Source: a virus
Taxonomy: Duplodnaviria; Heunggongvirae; Uroviricota; Caudoviricetes
DNA length: 53,208 nt
Reading direction: 5' to 3' (one strand)
IMG/VR virus record: IMGVR_UViG_2671181011_000016
The notes below the pieces were generated by a model, which saw only the letters and a list, made by a program, of their open reading frames with translations, had not been told where the DNA came from and searched no databases. Position 1 is the stretch's first letter; each line of letters starts with the position of its first letter. The position numbers and the translations under genes are program-made. Positions 35,171-44,281 of this stretch are shown one piece after another.

Positions 35171-35352
35171 TATTTGCCCCCGTAACGCGCAACAAGTCTT
35201 TTGCGATCAGATATTGCCTGCGCCAACTTTCTTTCAAGCTCTTTCAGCGCAAGCAATTCTCGCATGTGGAAAGCCTGTATTTGTCGCACAGTCTCTAAAT
35301 CATGCTCATCGCGCTGAATATCTATTTGCAGATCTTTAATTTCATTTTTCAT
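35170..35352 (-). CDS. hypothetical coiled-coil protein
   Basis: 60 aa ORF. Confidence 0.4.
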   Translation of the reverse strand: MKNEIKDLQIDIQRDEHDLETVRQIQAFHMRELLALKELERKLAQAISDRKRLVARYGGK

Positions 35353-35618
35353 TTCTCTACCACCTTAAACCTAGTTTTAAAATTACCCTGCAAGAAATAC
35401 TCATTGCTTGATGGAAAATACTGGACTAATCGCCATGCGTCTGCTTCATCGAAATCAGATACAAGATCGTCTTGCAAAATGAAGGCAAAGCATCCGTGCT
35501 TTATAAAACCAGAATATTTTTTACCTTCCGTGAAAAAATCGACGCTTGATTGAATACATTTAACAACAATGTTTATTTGTTCCATTGTCACCCCACATAT
35601 TAGTTTCGTATTCACCAA
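35349..35618 (-). CDS. hypothetical protein
   Basis: 89 aa ORF; start uncertain, overlaps the rusA 3' end. Confidence 0.35.
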   Translation of the reverse strand: MVNTKLICGVTMEQINIVVKCIQSSVDFFTEGKKYSGFIKHGCFAFILQDDLVSDFDEADAWRLVQYFPSSNEYFLQGNFKTRFKVVEK

Positions 35619-35988
35619 TATCCGGTAACAGGTCGCCGCGTTCGCGAACTTTAATAAACAATCGCCCGCCTTTTACCTTCCGGCAGCGAACAATTTTTAT
35701 TGCGTCGATTTGTCCGTCATCCTTCCAGAACTCTGCATAAGTAAGACTATCAAAAAGGCATTTAGGGATATTATCCAGATCCCTGGTTCGGTTATCCGGC
35801 GGCGCAACATGAATGGTAATTGCCAGTCGGCAAGATAGGTTGATGTTTAAATTTAATAGCTCGATGATGTCTCTTACCTGCTCCCGGTACTCTTTCCCAA
35901 CCTTGCTGATATAGTGAAAACCTCGTGAATGTCGGTAATAGCGGTTATTCGATGGTGGGTAAGGCAGACTAAATGTATATTCGTTCAT
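35560..35988 (-). CDS. rusA: Holliday junction resolvase RusA
   Basis: N-terminus MNEYTFSLPYPPSNNRYYRH and RDLDN..K..FD.LT motifs match RusA by eye. Confidence 0.8.
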   Translation of the reverse strand: MNEYTFSLPYPPSNNRYYRHSRGFHYISKVGKEYREQVRDIIELLNLNINLSCRLAITIHVAPPDNRTRDLDNIPKCLFDSLTYAEFWKDDGQIDAIKIVRCRKVKGGRLFIKVRERGDLLPDIGEYETNMWGDNGTNKHCC

Positions 35989-36590
35989 GCTGCCTTTCTC
36001 CTTAAGGCGTCTAATTTAGCCTGATAGACTTTTATGATTTCCTTACATTCTTCTATCGTCCATTTGTGAGTTTCGTTGTTGTTCTCCAGAGCTACCACCC
36101 TGGCGAGGCCAATTTTTCGAATCAGCGCCGGGCGATACCCTCCGATGTTGCCGTCTAGTGTCTGGTTGCAGTGCCTGCATTGCTTGTGACAATTATCCTC
36201 GTTGAAACGAAGGTGTCCGGCGGCGGCTACCGTCCTGTAATGGCCTGCATCCCACCCGCATTGCTCACCGTAGTAAGTCCCGCATGATATGCACGGCAAT
36301 CGCGAGTCACGCTCGCGTATATAAGCGTTAAAAACGTTTTGCGCCTGTTTAATCCAGTAGCTACGCGGATTTAACTGCTTCCTCTTCCGGCTGCGCTCTT
36401 CCCGCTGGCTATCACGGCGCTTCTTCCGTTCCATAGCCTTCATAGCCTTCTCACGGTCGCGGCATAACTGGTCAAACTTCAGTTCTTCCAGACATTCATC
36501 GCTGCACCACGTTTGATTATGATATTTAGGCTCAAAAAAAACGCCGCAGCACTTGCAACGGCGTCTTATGGGTTTTTTAGGGTTTTGCAT
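35985..36590 (-). CDS. ninG: recombination protein NinG (Rap)
   Basis: 201 aa from ATG with RBS GGGGTGG; strong by-eye match to lambda NinG (PRSYWIKQAQ, RLPCISCGT, WDAGHYRT, LRFNE.N.HKQC, RWTIEECK). Confidence 0.85.
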   Translation of the reverse strand: MQNPKKPIRRRCKCCGVFFEPKYHNQTWCSDECLEELKFDQLCRDREKAMKAMERKKRRDSQREERSRKRKQLNPRSYWIKQAQNVFNAYIRERDSRLPCISCGTYYGEQCGWDAGHYRTVAAAGHLRFNEDNCHKQCRHCNQTLDGNIGGYRPALIRKIGLARVVALENNNETHKWTIEECKEIIKVYQAKLDALRRKAA

Positions 36591-36604
36591 AAAAACCACC
36601 CCGA

Positions 36605-36781
36605 TTATTTTTGATTCTCTGTTTCGTTCAGCCTTTCGGCGTGTCCGGCCCTTAGCCAATGTTCTAAGCATTCGTTGCACTCGTTACAGCCTCCTTTCTT
36701 CGTGCTGCATACATTGCACATTGCACGCATGACGCTCTCTCGTTCATAGTCGTCATGCCATTGGTAATCATCAAAAGGCAT
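36605..36781 (-). CDS. small Cys-rich (zinc-ribbon-like) protein
   Basis: 58 aa MPFDDYQWHDDYERESVMRAMCNVCSTKKGGCNECNECLEHWL...; RBS AAGGAGAG; not in the supplied ORF track (below cutoff). Confidence 0.45.
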   Translation of the reverse strand: MPFDDYQWHDDYERESVMRAMCNVCSTKKGGCNECNECLEHWLRAGHAERLNETENQK

Positions 36782-36940
36782 AATGCTCTCTCCTTTTCAG
36801 GTGATTTCTACGCATTTCAGCGCTGCCGGATTTTTAAAGAGCATTTCGTTTGCTTGAAGTATACAAAATGGATACACCAGAACAAGGCAAAAAGCGCCAT
36901 TATGTGATCTGTATCACGCAATGACGCCATTATGTAAACT

Positions 36941-37723
36941 TCAGTCCGGCAAAACGCGGTTGAGCGTAGTACGATTGATGGCCCGGTCATTAGCCATGAA
37001 TACAGCACGGGCAAAGCCGCGCGGCGTTAGTGAGCGGATCATCTTTGTTCGTTTCGTCCGGCCTCCTGTTTTTGCCCACCCCGGGTTATCACCAGAGTTA
37101 AGATCTACAGGCCTGAAAAGTGGCTGCTTAAATCCATTACCGCACCAAATACAAGTTTTCTTTGTATACGCGTCGCGCGCCGGGTAAACATCCGGGAAAG
37201 CAGGATGTTTGTCGTCTTCCGGCAGGTAGCCACCGTAATCGCACGGGTTGAAGATAAAATCAGGTTTGCGCCATAGCGTTGACAGTGCTCCCACCGGATT
37301 TTCCACCATCCACGGCACGTTGTGCATATCAGCCAGTTTTTCTACCAGTTTTGCGCTATTCGCCGCCTTCACCTGGAAGTCAGGATCTTTTTCCCGTTTG
37401 TCAGCGAACCAGCGAGCGCCAGACACTGCGAGATCGTCGCACGGCGGGAAGCCCAGGATAATATCAGGATCCGGGTAAACAGATAATTCAGGCGAGAACA
37501 TCACCAGGAAGTGACTGTCAATCCATACGTTAACATATTCAATATTCGGATGAATGATTTTAACGCCTTCATAATCGCCGTGATTTGCGCCGTCATAGTT
37601 GAAGCAATAGCACTTATATCCCGCTTCCGCCCAGTCTTTAACGGCGTAGCCGCTGCCGTCGTACAGCGACCACACAACCCAACTTCTAAGCCAATTATTT
37701 AACCAGTGTTTAGCCTTGCTCAT
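36941..37723 (-). CDS. DNA (cytosine-5)-methyltransferase-like protein with atypical motif IV
   Basis: 260 aa; motif I-like (LYDGSGYA), motif IV-like GFPPCDD (PC followed by D, not Q), motif VI-like MVENPVG; short for a canonical C5-MTase. Confidence 0.45.
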   Translation of the reverse strand: MSKAKHWLNNWLRSWVVWSLYDGSGYAVKDWAEAGYKCYCFNYDGANHGDYEGVKIIHPNIEYVNVWIDSHFLVMFSPELSVYPDPDIILGFPPCDDLAVSGARWFADKREKDPDFQVKAANSAKLVEKLADMHNVPWMVENPVGALSTLWRKPDFIFNPCDYGGYLPEDDKHPAFPDVYPARDAYTKKTCIWCGNGFKQPLFRPVDLNSGDNPGWAKTGGRTKRTKMIRSLTPRGFARAVFMANDRAINRTTLNRVLPD

Positions 37724-38265
37724 TTTCTGCCCTCAAACGTGAAATAGCGGCGCATGATGATAGTGATCACCGTTACCGCTGCCATTTTTGAGATGAATTG
37801 CATCGCTGATATTTCCGGCATAAACGCCATAAACGATAGCGTCGGGAAAATTAACGCATCCCCGATGGCTGAAGCTATATTTGCAGGCCAGCGCTTCGAG
37901 TCGAAATCACCAGGTAAAACCCGGTAAACACCGCCAGATATAAGCGCACCGGAAACAACCGCGACGAATGACGCTATTGCTACCATTCCTGCATCGTAAT
38001 TTATTAGCACCGTGATTGCGCCCGCGGCGGCGCATGTTGTAGCCGACCATTTCAGGCCGCCGTCATATAACAGGAAGTCGCGGATCATCATATTGACACA
38101 CACAGCGGCTACCGTAGTGATCGGAATTACCCACGGGCCGCAATGGTTAACAATAAGGTTGATGATCACGAAAACGGCGACATAAACGCAGGCCAATAAC
38201 CTGTCAATTGTCACCTTTTTCATTTGGGTCATACCTCTTATCGCGAATAGCTTCAGATCTGTCAA
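37720..38265 (-). CDS. integral membrane protein
   Basis: 181 aa (start uncertain); several hydrophobic segments. Confidence 0.5.
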   Translation of the reverse strand: MTDLKLFAIRGMTQMKKVTIDRLLACVYVAVFVIINLIVNHCGPWVIPITTVAAVCVNMMIRDFLLYDGGLKWSATTCAAAGAITVLINYDAGMVAIASFVAVVSGALISGGVYRVLPGDFDSKRWPANIASAIGDALIFPTLSFMAFMPEISAMQFISKMAAVTVITIIMRRYFTFEGRK

Positions 38266-38719
38266 AACTCAAATCAAGCCGAGTTGAAATACAACCGCAT
38301 TGAGGGTTAAGCATTGAAGGGGGCAACCCCTTACAGCTTGTTATTGCTCCGTCATTTATTATTCCATCATTAATATTGGCGGCAGTGAACTGATTTTTCT
38401 TTAGCTCTTCATCGCGATCATTTAATATTTGCTCAGCTTTTAGTGCGTTGTAGCTGATTAGGTCAACCAAAGTGTCAGCAGGATCGCTACCATTAGCCAA
38501 AATGGCCTCTAAACGCGCCTCCTTGAGACAAATCAACAGATCCCATACATCAAGCGGGGTTAAATTTGCGCCCTTCTTAGCGTTATATATAGTGGCTATT
38601 TTTGGCGCTGATTTTTCTTCTTTTCTGTCGTAGCCGTTTTGTTTACCTCTTTGCTCAATTGTTTCCGCTGCAATTCGTAATAAATCAGCCGCACTAGTCA
38701 TTTTCTGCACCTCTTGCAT
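38204..38719 (-). CDS. hypothetical protein
   Basis: 171 aa ORF; no recognisable domain. Confidence 0.45.
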   Translation of the reverse strand: MQEVQKMTSAADLLRIAAETIEQRGKQNGYDRKEEKSAPKIATIYNAKKGANLTPLDVWDLLICLKEARLEAILANGSDPADTLVDLISYNALKAEQILNDRDEELKKNQFTAANINDGIINDGAITSCKGLPPSMLNPQCGCISTRLDLSFDRSEAIRDKRYDPNEKGDN

Positions 38720-39233
38720 ATATCTCTTTACGCGTTATGTGTGTGAAAATACATTCATGTCTGCACCGTGGATGCCAGATCAAAAACAAGCTGCCTTTGT
38801 TGTTTCCGCTTACCGGCTTACCCGTCGCAGCATTGATAAACGCCAGCCTCCCGCGCGTGATTAATCGGCACTCGTTTGCCGTCTCAACGCCGTTCATGAA
38901 CCAGCTAACAGAAATGTCAGCGGGCAACAACATTACGCAACCAATGTGATTTCGTTGATGTTCAAGCGCCGCTTTATCAACGAATGGCCCTGGGTTTGAG
39001 TATGGCGGATTCATCCAGACATATTCACCAGGCATTGCCACCGCTCCCCACGGATAATGCAGCGTGTTCATTTCTTCGGTTATATATCGCGGGATTAATG
39101 CGTTTGCCTTGTTTGCCGCAACGTCAGCGACAAATTCAAATTCACGATCCATTCCACTGAAAACTGGTTTAGGCGTCTGCCACAGGTCTTTTATTTCCTT
39201 CGGCGTGTTGCTGCCTCCGAAATCATTTTTCAT
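38694..39233 (-). CDS. dam: DNA N6-adenine methyltransferase (phage Dam family)
   Basis: 179 aa from MKNDFGGSNTPKE; catalytic NPPY motif (VWMNPPYS). Confidence 0.7.
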   Translation of the reverse strand: MKNDFGGSNTPKEIKDLWQTPKPVFSGMDREFEFVADVAANKANALIPRYITEEMNTLHYPWGAVAMPGEYVWMNPPYSNPGPFVDKAALEHQRNHIGCVMLLPADISVSWFMNGVETANECRLITRGRLAFINAATGKPVSGNNKGSLFLIWHPRCRHECIFTHITRKEIYARGAEND

Positions 39234-39250
39234 TATTACCCCCCCCCACA

Positions 39251-39496
39251 CTAAAAATAATCCTGGTCAGTCCCCCATCGGTTATTGAGATACCCCACCA
39301 ACCACACAAAACGCTCAATGCTGATTAGCGGGGCAACCTTGCGATAATGCTTTTCTAATATCAGCCGCGTAGCTTTATCGCTGTAGCCGTTTCTTTCTAC
39401 CTCTGCTTTGCAGGCAGAAAGCGCCGCACGCGCGGCAGTTTTTACGGCGTTGAATTGCGGCTCTGACAGGTTGAATAAAGCCATTTTATAAATCAT
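39251..39496 (-). CDS. hypothetical protein
   Basis: 81 aa ORF. Confidence 0.4.
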   Translation of the reverse strand: MIYKMALFNLSEPQFNAVKTAARAALSACKAEVERNGYSDKATRLILEKHYRKVAPLISIERFVWLVGYLNNRWGTDQDYF

Positions 39497-39728
39497 CAGT
39501 AGAATCAGCGAAAAAGAACCCTATAAATACGCTGGCAGCAATAATAATCCTTAACATATAAAGCGCATCATCAGGTGATGGCATTTCTGGTAGTTCCCAT
39601 GTAACAAAAGACACGCCGCACAAAATTCCAATAAAAACAGTGGCTATACATGAAAATACGAAAAAAGAACAGAACAACCAGCCAACGATGAAATCAACAA
39701 GTGCACGCATCATTTTAAACGTCCTCAA
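39486..39728 (-). CDS. hypothetical membrane protein
   Basis: 80 aa; two hydrophobic segments. Confidence 0.4.
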   Translation of the reverse strand: MRTFKMMRALVDFIVGWLFCSFFVFSCIATVFIGILCGVSFVTWELPEMPSPDDALYMLRIIIAASVFIGFFFADSTDDL

Positions 39729-39918
39729 TCACTCCGCCTTTCACGCGCTCCTTAATGTCCCACGTATGCGGTTTACATAACTCATGGTAATAGTGATCCG
39801 GCCTGCTGCCGAAATACCATTTACCTTCCATATAAAAATAAACGCCCGAAAAAATTCCGGGCGCTGCCTTTGTTGCTTCTTCTGGAATCTTCCATTCTTT
39901 ATACTGTTTAAACTTCAT
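39715..39918 (-). CDS. hypothetical protein
   Basis: 67 aa ORF. Confidence 0.4.
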   Translation of the reverse strand: MKFKQYKEWKIPEEATKAAPGIFSGVYFYMEGKWYFGSRPDHYYHELCKPHTWDIKERVKGGVIEDV

Positions 39919-40099
39919 ACATTAACACCGCCTTTTTAAGTGCGCTTAATTCAAAGTGCATAAGACGAAAATGCTGTACACCACCAACAATACTGACCTG
40001 ATAAATATCACCAACGCAGTTATAGTAATAACAACCAAATTGACCGATTCCGGCTAATTTAGCGTTATCCGGTATCATGTATTCGCCAACCTTTTTCAT
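39908..40099 (-). CDS. hypothetical protein
   Basis: 63 aa ORF; RBS GAGGTGA. Confidence 0.4.
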   Translation of the reverse strand: MKKVGEYMIPDNAKLAGIGQFGCYYYNCVGDIYQVSIVGGVQHFRLMHFELSALKKAVLMYEV

Positions 40100-40102
40100 A
40101 GA

Positions 40103-40195
40103 TCACCTCATATGGTATTCAATAAACCACCTGATAAACAGGCATAAGGCAATAAAACCCCAGCAACAGCACATATAAAACAATGTATCGTCCAT
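40103..40195 (-). CDS. micro-ORF encoding a 30-aa hydrophobic Cys-rich peptide
   Basis: MDDTLFYMCCCWGFIALCLFIRWFIEYHMR; start 2 nt after the upstream stop (TAATTATG). Confidence 0.35.
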   Translation of the reverse strand: MDDTLFYMCCCWGFIALCLFIRWFIEYHMR

Positions 40196-40197
40196 AA

Positions 40198-40416
40198 TTA
40201 AGCCTCAATAACACCGTAATCAAACGTGCCTAAATACCGTTCGATGCTTACAACCTCAATACCATCAATGCACCGTTTCCACACAGACACCCGGCTTTCA
40301 TTTTCCCGGAAGTGCATATTAGAAAGCACTTCATCGGCTGGATAGCTTTTCCCGGCGACGTAGGCATCATGTCCCACGCCACCTTCTATGCAATAAAGCA
40401 TCAATTCGCGTGCCAT
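40198..40416 (-). CDS. hypothetical protein
   Basis: 72 aa ORF. Confidence 0.4.
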   Translation of the reverse strand: MARELMLYCIEGGVGHDAYVAGKSYPADEVLSNMHFRENESRVSVWKRCIDGIEVVSIERYLGTFDYGVIEA

Positions 40417-40515
40417 CTTGTTTCCCTCCGTACCGTAAACCTTTTGATTTAAGTTTACAAAACGGATTCGCGATCACAGTACAAAATGTATAGCTATGTG
40501 ATCGCAATCACAATA

Positions 40516-41136
40516 TTAATGAAGTACGCGCTTTTCAGGTTCAGGCATTGGCTGTGACATTTTTCGTGCTTCATTAAGCATAGATATAGCCGCCTGCACG
40601 CCTAAATCATTTGCACGCATGTTAATACCAACCATTTCGCCATAAAACAACGGCATGATCGCCATTACGTCTTCCTCGTTGTGCCCTTCATCAATGCACT
40701 TCTGTAACGCTTTGGCCTCAAATATTTTCTTCATTACGCCGCGCACAGAATAAAGTGCAGCGCTACCCATATGGTTTTCGTCTAACGGGAAGATAACAGC
40801 ACTGCCGAACGCCAGCGGATCAAGCTCTTCCGGCACTGGCACGCGACCATATTCTTCTTCCATGCGTTTCACAAAAGTGAGGCAGAAGACATAACGAGCT
40901 ACAGCCGTTTTTTCTTCATTATCAAAAGACACATAGTCGCGCATCGACGCTTCCATCACAATATCAGCAACCTGTAACGCCAGATTCAAATCAGCGTCAT
41001 ACTTGCCAGCTTCCATATCTTTCAATACTTCGTGATAATCTTTAATTTCAACTTCATGAAAACTTGCGTCTTCAGTGTAGCGAGTGATTAACATGCCTTC
41101 GCTGCCGAGTGAATAAGCCGTTTTGATGTCTTTCAT
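40516..41136 (-). CDS. hypothetical protein
   Basis: 206 aa ORF; no recognisable domain. Confidence 0.5.
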   Translation of the reverse strand: MKDIKTAYSLGSEGMLITRYTEDASFHEVEIKDYHEVLKDMEAGKYDADLNLALQVADIVMEASMRDYVSFDNEEKTAVARYVFCLTFVKRMEEEYGRVPVPEELDPLAFGSAVIFPLDENHMGSAALYSVRGVMKKIFEAKALQKCIDEGHNEEDVMAIMPLFYGEMVGINMRANDLGVQAAISMLNEARKMSQPMPEPEKRVLH

Positions 41137-41149
41137 GATATTTATCCTT

Positions 41150-41482
41150 TTATAGTGGGTGATGCCATTTCATTTCAGTTTCTGAATTAAACGGGTTTCC
41201 TTCGCTTGAAAGGAATAAATCACGCTCCCGTTTCAGTTCTTCCGGGCTTATTTCTATTTCATCAATCTGACCGAACGATCCCGGCATCATTCGTTTTAAA
41301 TCAGATAGCGGACGCATAAGGCCGCAACCGCGTAACAGCATATCGACCGCGAATTGTCTACGTCCGGCGGCGTCATTAAAGCGCCGCGCCCAGGGCACAA
41401 CCACGATCCGGCGTTCGAATTTGATAAATAGTGATAGTTTGTTTGTTTCGCTATCATATGCTTTATGGAATTTAATTTTCAT
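41150..41482 (-). CDS. hypothetical protein
   Basis: 110 aa ORF. Confidence 0.45.
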   Translation of the reverse strand: MKIKFHKAYDSETNKLSLFIKFERRIVVVPWARRFNDAAGRRQFAVDMLLRGCGLMRPLSDLKRMMPGSFGQIDEIEISPEELKRERDLFLSSEGNPFNSETEMKWHHPL

Positions 41483-41663
41483 TTAACACCTCGACGTATT
41501 GCTCAAGATGCCATTTACCAACTTCATCCATGTTTTCGTCGTATATAATGACCTCTCCGCCTTGCCTGAATCTGAAAGCAGTGGCTGTAAATTCACGGCC
41601 CCACCACGCCTTTAAGCGCTCCCCACCTTTCAGGTCTTTGACCTTTACTTCTTTTATAGCCAT
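41472..41663 (-). CDS. hypothetical protein
   Basis: 63 aa ORF. Confidence 0.4.
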   Translation of the reverse strand: MAIKEVKVKDLKGGERLKAWWGREFTATAFRFRQGGEVIIYDENMDEVGKWHLEQYVEVLNEN

Positions 41664-41926
41664 ACGCCGTACATCCCATTCAGTCCGGCGAACAATTTCC
41701 GCCAGTGGTCTTCAACATAAGCCCGGAACGGCTTAACGCGAACATTGCGGGCCTTAAGTTCAATATCATCAAAGTAGCGCGGTTCTATGATTGTTCCGTC
41801 CAGGTATTTAACCACTAGCGGGCGCTCAAGATCGTTATACATCTTATTCAGTACAACTAGGCCAGGGTCATCACGATATTCAGGCAATACGACAAGATCA
41901 CCAGACTTTGCATCCCATGTTTTCAT
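41654..41926 (-). CDS. hypothetical protein
   Basis: about 90 aa from the ATG; RBS GGGGTGA. Confidence 0.4.
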   Translation of the reverse strand: MKTWDAKSGDLVVLPEYRDDPGLVVLNKMYNDLERPLVVKYLDGTIIEPRYFDDIELKARNVRVKPFRAYVEDHWRKLFAGLNGMYGVWL

Positions 41927-42042
41927 CACATCACCCCGCCGATATAGCTAATAATTGCCGCAGTCGCGCCAGCTATTACCACCATGAAGACGAAAGCGAC
42001 CACACAGAAAACAGCCTTGACAGTATTTTTGTCGACTCGCAT
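41926..42042 (-). CDS. micro-ORF encoding a 38-aa single-TM peptide
   Basis: MRVDKNTVKAVFCVVAFVFMVVIAGATAAIISYIGGVM; RBS GAGG; stop overlaps the next start (TGATG). Confidence 0.4.
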   Translation of the reverse strand: MRVDKNTVKAVFCVVAFVFMVVIAGATAAIISYIGGVM

Positions 42043-42049
42043 ATAAACC

Positions 42050-42157
42050 TCACATATCAGTAATCAGCTTAACAATCGCCACAGTGATATATAGTGACGC
42101 ACTAAGGTAAACAGCCGCCACAGCAACGGCGACGGATAACATTGCAATCTTTTTCAT
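42050..42157 (-). CDS. micro-ORF encoding a 35-aa single-TM peptide
   Basis: MKKIAMLSVAVAVAAVYLSASLYITVAIVKLITDM; strong RBS GGAGGGTGA; ATGA overlap with upstream gene. Confidence 0.45.
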   Translation of the reverse strand: MKKIAMLSVAVAVAAVYLSASLYITVAIVKLITDM

Positions 42158-42378
42158 TTGTCACCCTCCGCAATGAACTTGTTAAGCCACTTGTTATTAG
42201 CAAGGCGTTCGGCATCTTCGCCGAATGATTTTCGGTCGTTCAATTCCTTGCGAGTAGGCAGAGGCCATTTATCATGCCAGCCAGCCGACGTATCAAGCTC
42301 ATACATGCCGCCATCAAAATAAATAAGCTCATCACGACCATCAGGCATTTCTTTATCAATTTCTTTTTCTTCGATCAT
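42154..42378 (-). CDS. hypothetical protein
   Basis: 74 aa ORF. Confidence 0.4.
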   Translation of the reverse strand: MIEEKEIDKEMPDGRDELIYFDGGMYELDTSAGWHDKWPLPTRKELNDRKSFGEDAERLANNKWLNKFIAEGDK

Positions 42379-42392
42379 GATTTAATACCTCA

Positions 42393-42671
42393 TTAATCGT
42401 TAATAACCTGGCCCATACGCCCGCGATATTTGCGCATACGTGGATCGACATATTCAGGCCAGTGCATATCCAGTTTTCTTTGCAGTGGGTAAAAACTTGC
42501 CTGCCAGTTGTCGAACCATATTTGCTTTGCGTACAGGTCACTAAATCTTTTCGCCATCCGTTCCGCTGCCGTGCCGCATAAAAAAAGCCCGCGATCGATT
42601 TGATCACGGGCTTCTTTTAGAACTTGCTCTTTTGTTCGCGGTGGTGGTGGCGCTTTTAAATAATCAACCAT
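42393..42671 (-). CDS. hypothetical protein
   Basis: 92 aa ORF. Confidence 0.4.
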   Translation of the reverse strand: MVDYLKAPPPPRTKEQVLKEARDQIDRGLFLCGTAAERMAKRFSDLYAKQIWFDNWQASFYPLQRKLDMHWPEYVDPRMRKYRGRMGQVIND

Positions 42672-42686
42672 CGCTAACCTATTAAT

Positions 42687-43106
42687 TTAAAAAGGGATGT
42701 CATCATCAAAATCCATTGGTGGTTCTTTATATCCACCGTTATGATTCTGCTGCGGCTGCGCTTTCTGCTGCTGTCCTTGCTGCTGGCCTTGCTGGTTAAT
42801 GTTCATGAATTCGAACTCATTAACCGCCACTTCTACCGCAGTTCCCTTCGTGCCGTCGTTCCGGTCATATTGCCGAACATCCAGGCGACCGCTTACCACT
42901 ATTTTTCCATCCTTACGGATATGTGGCGCTAATTTTTCCGCACGCTCGCCAAATACCAGGCAAGTGATCCACATTGTCCGTTTATTATCACCGTAGCCAT
43001 TCGTTACAGCTAACGGAAAACTACCAATCGCTTTCCCGTTTTGTGTGTAGCGAACTTCCATATCATTCCCGATATTACCGCCCAGCGTGATTGAATTTAA
43101 GCTCAT
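42687..43106 (-). CDS. ssb: single-stranded DNA-binding protein
   Basis: 139 aa; OB-fold-like N-terminal part, Gln/Gly-rich linker and acidic C-terminal tail ending DFDDDIPF. Confidence 0.85.
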   Translation of the reverse strand: MSLNSITLGGNIGNDMEVRYTQNGKAIGSFPLAVTNGYGDNKRTMWITCLVFGERAEKLAPHIRKDGKIVVSGRLDVRQYDRNDGTKGTAVEVAVNEFEFMNINQQGQQQGQQQKAQPQQNHNGGYKEPPMDFDDDIPF

Positions 43107-43747
43107 TAACTGATCTCCCCTTTAAGCTCTTTTAAGCGAATGTCATAAACGTCTTTCGCTTTCTGCTGCTGCTCTGAATCTTTAGGCAGTAGTTTCCAGC
43201 ACTTCCCGAAGATCTCGCGTAACTTGTTAGCGTCCTGTGCTTTCGCTGCCGCATCACAGAAACGCGCTAACACCTCATCAGGATTTGGCGGCGCTTTCGG
43301 CGGCTGTGGTTGTTGTTTTGGTGGATTTTTCTGTTGGCGAGGCTGCTGGCCTGTCTGCTTGGCGTATGCGTCAGTATCAGGATCTCGCGCATCATCAATA
43401 CAGAACAATCCGTTCAACGCGTATTTACGCGCATAACTTGATGTCGCGCCAGTTAACTGGCTTGCGTCCATTCCCTTCTTGCTTTCTTCTTCCCTGGCGT
43501 AAGCAGTTACCGCAATTTCATCTTCGCCGTCGCTTAGTGTAGCCGTTGCTTTCACATAATAGCGATTGCCGATCAGGACAATTTCATCACTAACAGTCAG
43601 CGTGATATTTTGAAGCAGTGGTTTAACCGCCTCTAAAATATCCTCCGCCGACCTGTAATTATATCCACCAAAATTATTACGCTGATTTTTCGGCGCGTTC
43701 AGCGTTTGCTGAATCGTCCATAGCTTTTTATGTAACTCTGTTTTCAC
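43106..43747 (-). CDS. erf: ERF-family single-strand annealing recombinase
   Basis: 213 aa; N-terminal NFGGYNYRSAEDILEAVKPLL typical of Erf; adjacent to ssb as in P22. Confidence 0.75.
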   Translation of the reverse strand: MKTELHKKLWTIQQTLNAPKNQRNNFGGYNYRSAEDILEAVKPLLQNITLTVSDEIVLIGNRYYVKATATLSDGEDEIAVTAYAREEESKKGMDASQLTGATSSYARKYALNGLFCIDDARDPDTDAYAKQTGQQPRQQKNPPKQQPQPPKAPPNPDEVLARFCDAAAKAQDANKLREIFGKCWKLLPKDSEQQQKAKDVYDIRLKELKGEIS

Positions 43748-43896
43748 TATTTAATCTCCCGTGCTGTTAACACTATGTATAAGGCTTTATTCGCGGCGCT
43801 CCACATTTCGGCATCGTGAAGCATTTCCGCTACTGCCAGTTTGAATTGAAGCGCCTGAATAACCATAATGTCATCTCCGGACGTTTACATTTTGTA

Positions 43897-44187
43897 TTAA
43901 TGATAGCGGACTTTATCCAGGGGTTTTTCCCCTAAATGGCGTGGTTGCGTTGCGTGGTAGTAGCTGCCGCTTTCATTTTCCGTATACCATTTTACTGATC
44001 CTTTGCGACGTTCTTTAATGCTATTTGGTTTGCATCTTTCCTCGTTTGCAAATCGAATAGCTTTATCCACATTGTCTGTTTTATTGATTGCAGGTGATGA
44101 TTTTCTTTCGTTTTCTCTTTTTATCCTTCTGCGTTCCCTGGCATTCATTTTGCTATCACATTTACCATATATAATTGTAACGCTCAT
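43897..44187 (-). CDS. N-like transcription antiterminator (P22 gene 24-like)
   Basis: 96 aa; N-terminus MSVTIIYGK...NARERRRIKRENERK resembles the P22 N start and the arginine-rich motif of N proteins (from memory); first gene downstream of PL and nutL. Confidence 0.55.
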   Translation of the reverse strand: MSVTIIYGKCDSKMNARERRRIKRENERKSSPAINKTDNVDKAIRFANEERCKPNSIKERRKGSVKWYTENESGSYYHATQPRHLGEKPLDKVRYH

Positions 44188-44243
44188 AATCTGATCTCCG
44201 TATATCCTTGATGATACTTAATAAAAAATCATCTTCGTTAATT

Positions 44244-44281
44244 GCCGCACTTCCAGCGGCTGACCAGATTGTTAATGAGCG
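44244..44281 (-). promoter_or_regulatory. candidate nutL site (boxA plus boxB hairpin)
   Basis: minus strand CGCTCATTAACAA (boxA-like, cf. CGCTCTTA) then GCCGC-TGGAAGT-GCGGC hairpin (boxB-like), 60-100 nt upstream of the N-like ATG. Confidence 0.45.

Noticed and set aside
36817-37014. 65-aa minus-strand ORF overlapping the C5-MTase-like gene end and intergenic region
   Set aside because: Overlaps a better-supported gene and the motif-rich intergenic region; no RBS; likely spurious
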